Assembly: GCA_015256915.3 (NCBI GenBank)
Contig: CP076101.2
Span: 120,001 to 152,000, forward strand
DNA length: 32,000 nt
Direction of reading: 5' to 3'
Source: Candidatus Saccharimonas sp.
Lineage (GTDB): Bacteria > Patescibacteriota > Saccharimonadia > Saccharimonadales > Saccharimonadaceae
Both the position numbers and the translations under genes were made by a program. Shown one piece after another: positions 19,027-25,127 of this stretch. A model generated the notes under the pieces. The model was not told the origin of the DNA, ran no database searches, and saw nothing but the letters and a program-made list of their open reading frames with translations. Numbering within the stretch: the stretch's first letter is position 1; every line of letters starts with the position of its first letter.

Positions 19027-19264
19027 AGATGCTAGCGATCATGGCCGTGAAGTTCGAGAATATGTTGACGATTTCGAAAAGCAAACTGGGCTCGAAATTG
19101 AGCAAAAGAACCCAGATGATGGTAGAAATCAATTCTTCTTGCGAGCTTATGATATAGTTGAATATCCAACAATCTTAGCAATTGCTGATGATGGCCGACT
19201 TTTGCAGATGTGGCACGGGCAACCTTTGCCATTAATTGATGAAGTCGCATACTATGCACGCTAA
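19004..19264 (+). CDS. Thioredoxin-fold-like hypothetical protein without redox cysteines
   Basis: The pattern IVVVYKD..(SDHG in place of CxxC)..YPTILAI.DDG resembles a Trx/NrdH fold. SD AGAGG lies 6 nt before ATG 19004. Fold assignment is inference. Confidence 0.55.
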   Translation: MRIVVVYKDASDHGREVREYVDDFEKQTGLEIEQKNPDDGRNQFFLRAYDIVEYPTILAIADDGRLLQMWHGQPLPLIDEVAYYAR

Positions 19265-19288
19265 GCTAAAAAAATAGCGTGTTTTTTT
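19257..19288 (+). terminator. Rho-independent terminator ending the ftsA operon
   Basis: CACGCTA / TAGCGTG stem followed by a T7 run. Confidence 0.7.
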
Positions 19289-19349
19289 GTATTGATAATA
19301 ATTTTATTTGGATATATACTCTATTTTAGCATTATATATTATTAAAAAT

Positions 19350-19378
19350 AATTATATCAATATTCTAAATTGTTAAGG
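19350..19378 (+). repeat. Copy A of a roughly 28-bp imperfect direct repeat
   Basis: AATTATATCAATATTCTAAATTGTTAAGG versus copy B AATTATGTCATATTCTAAATTATTAAGG: 2 mismatches and 1 indel. Confidence 0.6.
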
Positions 19379-19392
19379 AACTATAACATTTA

Positions 19393-19421
19393 TTGAAATA
19401 AGCTTATTCTTGATATATAAT
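19393..19421 (+). promoter_or_regulatory. Consensus promoter for the 123-aa membrane ORF; leaderless spacing
   Basis: TTGAAA-17 nt-TATAAT-TAAAAT-ATG(19428). Confidence 0.55.
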
Positions 19422-19427
19422 TAAAAT

Positions 19428-19799
19428 ATGGATAGAAAAACAATAGAGCCACTAAATAGTAATATTGAAATTGAAGAAAATAAAAGTTTTGCTTCAAGAG
19501 AAATTCAACAAAAAGCTTCAGATGTATATCAAGAAAACACTCAAAAAGAAGCTTTAGCGATCGAGACAAGAAATCTTTTAAGACAACGGCTTAAGCACGA
19601 TATACGCCAAGAAGTTGCTAAAATGCGAAAACACGTTTTGTGGCTATCTTTCTTTTTTATGCTTATGTTTTTTATATCTAATTCACAAAAAAACAGCTCT
19701 TCTTTTGCTTGGCTTTTCTTCGTTGCTCTACAAGTTCCCTATTATTATTTCAGAAAATCACGCATAATTAAATCTTATACTGATGATTCAGAAATATAA
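19428..19799 (+). CDS. Hypothetical membrane protein (hydrophilic N-terminus plus 2 TM segments)
   Basis: The ORF has a consensus promoter. Hydrophobic segments are VLWLSFFFMLMFFI and FAWLFFVALQV. AGA-rich Arg usage. Confidence 0.55.
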   Translation: MDRKTIEPLNSNIEIEENKSFASREIQQKASDVYQENTQKEALAIETRNLLRQRLKHDIRQEVAKMRKHVLWLSFFFMLMFFISNSQKNSSSFAWLFFVALQVPYYYFRKSRIIKSYTDDSEI

Positions 19800-19818
19800 A
19801 AATTTAATGGAGTTGTTT

Positions 19819-20013
19819 ATGCAAGAAAAAAATGAATTTACCGAAAAGGACTATTTAGAAGCTCAATACAAAATTCAACGAAGTATTCAAGCTAATGTTA
19901 ATGTTATAACTTTTATTGTTGCCACTCAATTTTTATTAAATATTATAGGAGCTGCTATTACTTATTTTTATTTATCTTCTCTCCCATCTCTTATTACTCA
20001 AAATTTAAAATAG
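19819..20013 (+). CDS. Hypothetical small membrane protein (64 aa, 1 TM)
   Basis: GGAG lies 6 nt before ATG 19819; the ORF track starts at 19783. TM segment is VITFIVATQFLLNIIGAAITYFYL. A terminator follows. Confidence 0.4.
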   Translation: MQEKNEFTEKDYLEAQYKIQRSIQANVNVITFIVATQFLLNIIGAAITYFYLSSLPSLITQNLK

Positions 20014-20034
20014 TGTAAATATTACACTATTTTT
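20011..20034 (+). terminator. Rho-independent terminator
   Basis: TAGTGTAA / TTACACTA stem, 3-nt loop, TTTTT. Confidence 0.55.
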
Positions 20035-20049
20035 ATTATATCCATCTGT

Positions 20050-20077
20050 AATTATGTCATATTCTAAATTATTAAGG
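20050..20077 (+). repeat. Copy B of the roughly 28-bp imperfect direct repeat
   Basis: See copy A at 19350-19378. Both copies are followed about 20 nt later by AAGCTT. Confidence 0.6.
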
Positions 20078-20352
20078 GGATATGGCAACTAATTAAGCTT
20101 TAAAGATGAGATACTTGGATGGTTTACAGGTGGCAATTACAATCTAATGAGCGATATGGAGCTTAATGTATTCAAACCAGCGAGGAAGTAACTTGCGTAC
20201 AACTAATGATAGACTAGATATTTATTTAGCAAACTAAGGTACTAAAAAGTTGCAGATGAAATGTTGGAAATTTCTAAAAGTGGTAAATAATAGTGTCGTG
20301 TCGGCTTTACTTAGCTGTCCGAAGGATAGTAATAAATAAAACGCTTAAAAGC

Positions 20353-20381
20353 TTGAAAATATCTTTAAATTTTGATAAAAT
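20353..20381 (+). promoter_or_regulatory. Sigma70-type promoter for the ileS-operon leader
   Basis: TTGAAA-17 nt-(TGA)TAAAAT. The predicted TSS is near 20388. Confidence 0.5.
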
Positions 20382-20410
20382 AAAATCATAAAAGCATTTT
20401 ATTTTGATAA

Positions 20411-20588
20411 ATGAGTGGCTATCAACCGCGAAGCTCCCAGAAGAAAGGTTTTGAAAACTGATTAGAACTGGGCGGGAAGGCTCCGTAAAAGCTAAAATTA
20501 AGGGCTAAAAGAATCACTTCTTTTGGAATCGAGATGGTATCGCCGAGCTTGCTGGGTTCTCGAATTCGAAAGAAGTGATTTTTAATTT
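20411..20588 (+). promoter_or_regulatory. T-box-like leader RNA (Ile specifier) with an intrinsic terminator
   Basis: Hairpin GUGG-CUAUCAA-CCGC (AUC+A in the loop, 20421-20424) flanked by GA/GA. CCGUAA (F-box-like) at 20483-20488. AGAUGGUAUCGCC at 20532-20544 matches 9/13 of the T-box core as I recall it, with a 7-nt bulge UGGUAUC between CGAGA and UCUCG. A 13-bp outer stem (20512-20524 / 20568-20580) is followed by a U-tract. Confidence 0.5.
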
Positions 20589-20605
20589 AGGAGAGGGTAG
20601 GAATT

Positions 20606-21535
20606 ATGCTTTATAGGTTGAATGATAAAAAATTAACAGCTATCAAACAGGAGAATGTTTCTCAAAAATATCTTGAGAAGGACATTCAAAAAATGACTGA
20701 AGATAACCTTGAAGAAGTTTTTGGTCTAAGATTTATAGAAACAGAATTTGCTGTTGATAGCCTACGGATAGATACTTTGGCATTTGATAATGAGAGTAAT
20801 AGCTTTGTGATCATTGAATATAAAAAGATCAAAAGTGATTCTGTTGCGGATCAGGGTTTGGCTTATTTATCATTAATGCTGAAAAATAAAGAAGCTTTTA
20901 TTTTAAAATTTATTGAGAAAAATGGAGGAGGAATACCAGAAATTGATTGGTCTCAATCTCGTGTAATTCTTATCTCTCCGAAATTTACTGAATATCAGCT
21001 TAGGGCAAGCGAATATACTACCGAAAATTTCCCGGTCGAGTTATATGAGTTTAGAAAATATGGTGATATAGTAGAATACTTGCAAAAGGGTATGAAAAAG
21101 GGAAGAGATCAAAAAAGTCGAGTAAGTATAACGAATAATAGTAAAGATGAAAAAGCCGTACTTAAGGAAATTATTCACTATAGTGAAGATGAGTTGGTGT
21201 CAAAAGGTTCAGATTTCATTCAGGAGTTTTATTGGGAATTAAAAGATTTTGCTGAGAATATTAGTCCAGAAATTAAATTTGAAGTTAAAAAATTATATTT
21301 AGTATTTAAAGTAAATAAGAAGAATATTTTTAGTATTATTATCCAAAGAAACTCTCTGTATTTAAATCTTAATATTAATTATTCTGATTTTGATTCAAAA
21401 TTATATCCTAATGTTGAAGATGTTTCAAAAAAAGGACATTGGGCTACTGGCGATTTTCAGTTAAAAATAGATAATATTGATCAATTGGAGGCCGCAAAAG
21501 AAATGATGAGACTAAGTTATAAAGTGAATTCGTAG
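20606..21535 (+). CDS. PD-(D/E)XK nuclease-like hypothetical protein (309 aa) with an uncharacterised C-terminal domain
   Basis: LRIDTLAFDNESNSFVIIEYKK fits D...(D/E)xK. Strong SD GGAGAGGG. Its TAG stop is embedded in the ileS SD (TAGGAGGA). AT-rich with AGA/AGG Arg codons. Confidence 0.7.
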   Translation: MLYRLNDKKLTAIKQENVSQKYLEKDIQKMTEDNLEEVFGLRFIETEFAVDSLRIDTLAFDNESNSFVIIEYKKIKSDSVADQGLAYLSLMLKNKEAFILKFIEKNGGGIPEIDWSQSRVILISPKFTEYQLRASEYTTENFPVELYEFRKYGDIVEYLQKGMKKGRDQKSRVSITNNSKDEKAVLKEIIHYSEDELVSKGSDFIQEFYWELKDFAENISPEIKFEVKKLYLVFKVNKKNIFSIIIQRNSLYLNLNINYSDFDSKLYPNVEDVSKKGHWATGDFQLKIDNIDQLEAAKEMMRLSYKVNS

Positions 21536-21543
21536 GAGGAAAA

Positions 21544-24441
21544 ATGAAATTTCAAGCAAATTCAAGAAGACAAGCAAAAGAATATGAAGCTGATGTTTTG
21601 GCGCGATGGAAAGCAGAAAAAACTTTCGAGCAATCAGTTGAAAACCGTAGCGAAGACAACGCTTTCGTGTTTTATGACGGCCCTCCTTTTATCACTGGCG
21701 TGCCGCACCACGGAACACTTCTTAGTTCAATCGTAAAAGACGTCGTTCCGCGCTACCAAACGATGCTTGGCAAAAGAGTTGAACGCCGTTGGGGTTGGGA
21801 TACGCACGGTTTGCCAGCCGAAAACTTTGTTGAAAAAAAGCTCGGTATCACTTCTCGGCACGAAGTTGGTGAAAAAATTTCGCTCGCCGAATATATCACA
21901 ACTGCGCGTGAAAGTATGGTCTCAAATGCGGCGCTTTGGGAGAATACGATTGATCGCATTGGTCGTTGGGTTGAATTTAAAAATGCCTACAAAACGATGG
22001 ACAAAGATTTCATGGAAAGTGTTTGGTGGGCGTTTAAAACTCTTTACGAAAAAGGTAAAATTTATGAAGGTGAACGTGTTTTGATGTATGATACGGCGTG
22101 GGCAACTCCACTTTCGAAAAGTGAAGTCACAATGGATAACGACGCCTATAAAACCGTAACCGACCCAAGCGTTTTTGTGAAGTTTTGGTTGAAAGATTTT
22201 GAAGATACAGAAGGCTCAAAAGATAAAACTGCAATGCTCGCTTGGACAACAACTCCTTGGACTTTACCGGCAAATATGGGACTATTTGTTAATCCTGAAA
22301 TTACCTACGCGAAAGTAAAAGTTGGCGATGAATTCTTCATTTTGGCAAAAGATTTGCTCGAAAAAGTTTTTATTGATGAGAAAAAGCAGCCGATTCATTT
22401 TGAAATTGTTAATTTAATTGATGGTTCAGAATTGGTTGGTTTGAGCTACGAACCACTTTTCGAAGATTCGAAATATTCGGGCGAAGGTGAAGAGAACGCT
22501 TATAAAGTTTGGGGTGCAGATTATGTTTCTCTTGAAAGCGGAACGGGAATTGTTCACTCCGCACCAGCTTATGGTGAAGAAGACTTCAACTTTGGTAAAA
22601 AATATGGAATTCCAGTTTTTCACGTTCTTGATGAATATGGAAAATACCTTCACGGCGAATTTGCGGGCGAAGATGTTTGGGAATTTAATAAGCTACTTGC
22701 CAAAATTTTGAAAGAGCGTGGCGTTGTTTGGAGAATCGATTACATTCGTCACGAGTATCCACACAATCCGCGTACTGGCCATCGATTGATGTATCGCGCG
22801 CACCCGAGCTGGTTCTTTGATATTCAAGGACAAAAAGAATTAATGCTTGAGCAAAATGAAAACATCAACTGGTTCCCAGCGCACTTGAAGCACGGTCGTT
22901 TTGAAAAAAATCTTGAAGCTGCACCAGATTGGAATTTGTCGCGCGATCGTTTTTGGGCGACAGCAATGCCAGTTTGGAAGTCTGAAAGCGGTAAGATTCG
23001 TGTTATTGGATCTTATGCAGAACTTAAAGAATTGAGTGGCGTGGAGCTTGAAGATTATCACCGACCTTGGGTTGATGAAATTACTTTCGAAATTGATGGT
23101 GAAAAATACACTCGAATTGACAAAGTGCTTGACTGCTGGTTCGAAAGTGGCTCAATGCCATTTGCACAATTCCATTATCCTTTCGAAAATAAAGAGAAGT
23201 TCGAAAAGAATTTCCCAGGTGATTTTATTGTTGAATACATTGGCCAGGTTCGTGCGTGGTTCTATTATGTTCACGCTGTAAATACTGCTTTGTTTGGTAA
23301 GAATGCCTTCAAAAACGTTATTACAACTGGTGTTGTTGCTGGAAATGATGGCCGAAAAATGAGTAAATCTCTTGGAAACTACACCGATCCGAACGAACTA
23401 ATGGATCAATATTCAGCTGATAGTTTGCGATTTTTGTTACTAACGAGTCCACTTTTGAATGGCGAAGATTTTGCGCTTCACGATAAGGATGTCTCAGATG
23501 TTGCGCGCAAGCTTTCAATGATTTGGAATATGTATGATTTCTTCACAATGTATGCGAGTGTTGATGGTTGGGAATTTAATGGCGAGCTTAAAGATCCTTC
23601 AAAAGATCTTAAAAACCCGCTTGATAAATGGATTGTGAGTCGTGTTCATGAGCTTCGAAACGAAATCACTGAAAATATGAATGTTTATAATATTCCACGT
23701 GCTCTTGAAGGCGTTTTGCCATTCCTCGATGACGCTTCGAACTGGTTTGTCCGCCGTTCGCGCCGTCGTTTCTGGAAGAGCGAAAATGGTACCGATAAAC
23801 TTCAGGCCTATCAAACACTCCACTATGTTTTGAGCTATCTTGCGTTGATTCTTGCGCCATTTGTGCCTTTCTTAGCAGAAGAACTTTGGGGTAAAATGGT
23901 TGGTGATGGCTCAGTTCATTTGAAAGATTGGCCAGAGGCTGGCGAGATTGATGAGAGCTTACTTTCTGAAATGGCTGAAGTTCGCGGTTACGTGAATGAA
24001 GCTCTTGCGCTTCGAGCAAAAAATGGCGTAAAAATTCGCCAACCGTTAGCTAGCGTAAAAGTTCCGCAAAATGCAAAATCTTTTGATTTTACGCCAATTC
24101 TAATGGAAGAATTAAACGTTAAAAATGTTGAGTTTGGCGTTGAGGGTGTTGAATTTGACTTTGAGCTAACTCCTGAGCTTCATGCAGAAGGCTTAATGCG
24201 TGAGATTATTCGCCACATTCAGGCAGCACGCAAAAAAGCTGGCCTAAACGTTGATGATAGAATTGAGCTTAACTTTGTATCTGAAAATACTGAAGTTCTT
24301 GATTCGTTCAAAAAATTTGAACAAGAAATTTCGAAAGAAGTTTTGGCTACAAAGGCTGAAATTTCAGAAAATGAACTTGATTTTGTTCAGGTTGTAAAAG
24401 TTGAAGGTTCAGAAGTAAAAATTTCACTCAAAAAAGCTTAA
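21544..24441 (+). CDS. ileS: Isoleucyl-tRNA synthetase, type 2 (eukaryote/actinobacterial-like, no C-terminal Zn domain)
   Basis: HIGH-type PHHGT, GWDTHGLP and KMSKS motifs; 965 aa. Confidence 0.95.
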   Translation: MKFQANSRRQAKEYEADVLARWKAEKTFEQSVENRSEDNAFVFYDGPPFITGVPHHGTLLSSIVKDVVPRYQTMLGKRVERRWGWDTHGLPAENFVEKKLGITSRHEVGEKISLAEYITTARESMVSNAALWENTIDRIGRWVEFKNAYKTMDKDFMESVWWAFKTLYEKGKIYEGERVLMYDTAWATPLSKSEVTMDNDAYKTVTDPSVFVKFWLKDFEDTEGSKDKTAMLAWTTTPWTLPANMGLFVNPEITYAKVKVGDEFFILAKDLLEKVFIDEKKQPIHFEIVNLIDGSELVGLSYEPLFEDSKYSGEGEENAYKVWGADYVSLESGTGIVHSAPAYGEEDFNFGKKYGIPVFHVLDEYGKYLHGEFAGEDVWEFNKLLAKILKERGVVWRIDYIRHEYPHNPRTGHRLMYRAHPSWFFDIQGQKELMLEQNENINWFPAHLKHGRFEKNLEAAPDWNLSRDRFWATAMPVWKSESGKIRVIGSYAELKELSGVELEDYHRPWVDEITFEIDGEKYTRIDKVLDCWFESGSMPFAQFHYPFENKEKFEKNFPGDFIVEYIGQVRAWFYYVHAVNTALFGKNAFKNVITTGVVAGNDGRKMSKSLGNYTDPNELMDQYSADSLRFLLLTSPLLNGEDFALHDKDVSDVARKLSMIWNMYDFFTMYASVDGWEFNGELKDPSKDLKNPLDKWIVSRVHELRNEITENMNVYNIPRALEGVLPFLDDASNWFVRRSRRRFWKSENGTDKLQAYQTLHYVLSYLALILAPFVPFLAEELWGKMVGDGSVHLKDWPEAGEIDESLLSEMAEVRGYVNEALALRAKNGVKIRQPLASVKVPQNAKSFDFTPILMEELNVKNVEFGVEGVEFDFELTPELHAEGLMREIIRHIQAARKKAGLNVDDRIELNFVSENTEVLDSFKKFEQEISKEVLATKAEISENELDFVQVVKVEGSEVKISLKKA

Positions 24442-24449
24442 CCAAAATA

Positions 24450-24478
24450 TTGACAATCAAAATAACTTATGCTATAAT
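24450..24478 (+). promoter_or_regulatory. Perfect-consensus sigma70 promoter
   Basis: TTGACA-17 nt-TATAAT. Confidence 0.6.
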
Positions 24479-24498
24479 ACAAGCATAAGTTATTTTTT
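24460..24498 (+). terminator. ileS terminator whose loop carries the -10 box of the next promoter
   Basis: 13-bp perfect stem AAATAACTTATGC / GCATAAGTTATTT, loop TATAATACAA, then a T-run. Confidence 0.65.
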
Positions 24499-24509
24499 AA
24501 ATAAAAAAC

Positions 24510-25007
24510 ATGAAAAATCAAAAGGCAAAAATGGAAAATTTTAAGATAAACGATTATAACACGAACGAGCAAGATAAAAAATCTCTTGAGCGAGAGAATA
24601 GCTTTGAAGAATTTCAAGATTTTAAATTTGACTCTTTCGAAAGTTTAAGTTCAGAACAGCAAAAAGAAATTGAAGAATCTCAAGAGAGTTCAAAAAAAGA
24701 AGCTCTTGAAAACTTGAACAATATTTATGCGCTAGCTGAACGATATGCTAACCGCGAAAGCAATAGTTTTTTCTTGCATGAAGATGAAATTCGAAATATG
24801 CATATTACGCATTTCGAAGATTATGGTGCAAATTTTGAAACTTATGAGGGTCGTGAAGATAAATTTATCTTGCGTGAAAATCAGTTTAAAACACAAGAAC
24901 AACTCGTTCAAGAAATTAGTACAATAAAATCTATTCCTCGAGAAATCTCAGCAGGGAAACGTTTTTCGAACATTATTCGAGCAATTTCTGGAAAAATCGC
25001 AGCTTAA
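24510..25007 (+). CDS. Hypothetical acidic protein (165 aa)
   Basis: ORF between a consensus promoter and a terminator. No SD at 24510; an alternative ATG sits at 24531. I recognise no motif. Confidence 0.6.
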   Translation: MKNQKAKMENFKINDYNTNEQDKKSLERENSFEEFQDFKFDSFESLSSEQQKEIEESQESSKKEALENLNNIYALAERYANRESNSFFLHEDEIRNMHITHFEDYGANFETYEGREDKFILRENQFKTQEQLVQEISTIKSIPREISAGKRFSNIIRAISGKIAA

Positions 25008-25018
25008 TATCTAGAAAA

Positions 25019-25051
25019 AATAAAATCGGTAGAAATATCGATTTTATTTTT
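25019..25051 (+). terminator. Rho-independent terminator
   Basis: AATAAAATCG / CGATTTTATT stem followed by a T-run. Confidence 0.7.
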
Positions 25052-25060
25052 AAAAAAGTA

Positions 25061-25089
25061 TTGACTTTTTAATGCGCTTGTGGTAAAAT
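25061..25089 (+). promoter_or_regulatory. Sigma70-type promoter for the 748-aa / 478-aa gene pair
   Basis: TTGACT-17 nt-(TGG)TAAAAT. Confidence 0.55.
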
Positions 25090-25127
25090 ACGGGAGTAAA
25101 ATAAATTAAAAATAAACAAGGACAGAA

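Noticed and set aside
20526-20550. Resemblance of GAGAUGGUAUCGCC to the 5' part of the fluoride (crcB) riboswitch (GGCGAUGG...).
   Set aside because: The downstream CUGAUGA-type element and the pseudoknot partner are missing. The ileS context, the AUC loop and the UGGU bulge fit a T-box better.
12502-25051. Terminator stems at 12502-12538 and 25019-25051 share ATAAAATCG...CGATTTTAT.
   Set aside because: These are short AT-rich stems. The similarity is plausibly coincidental, and the loops and flanks differ.
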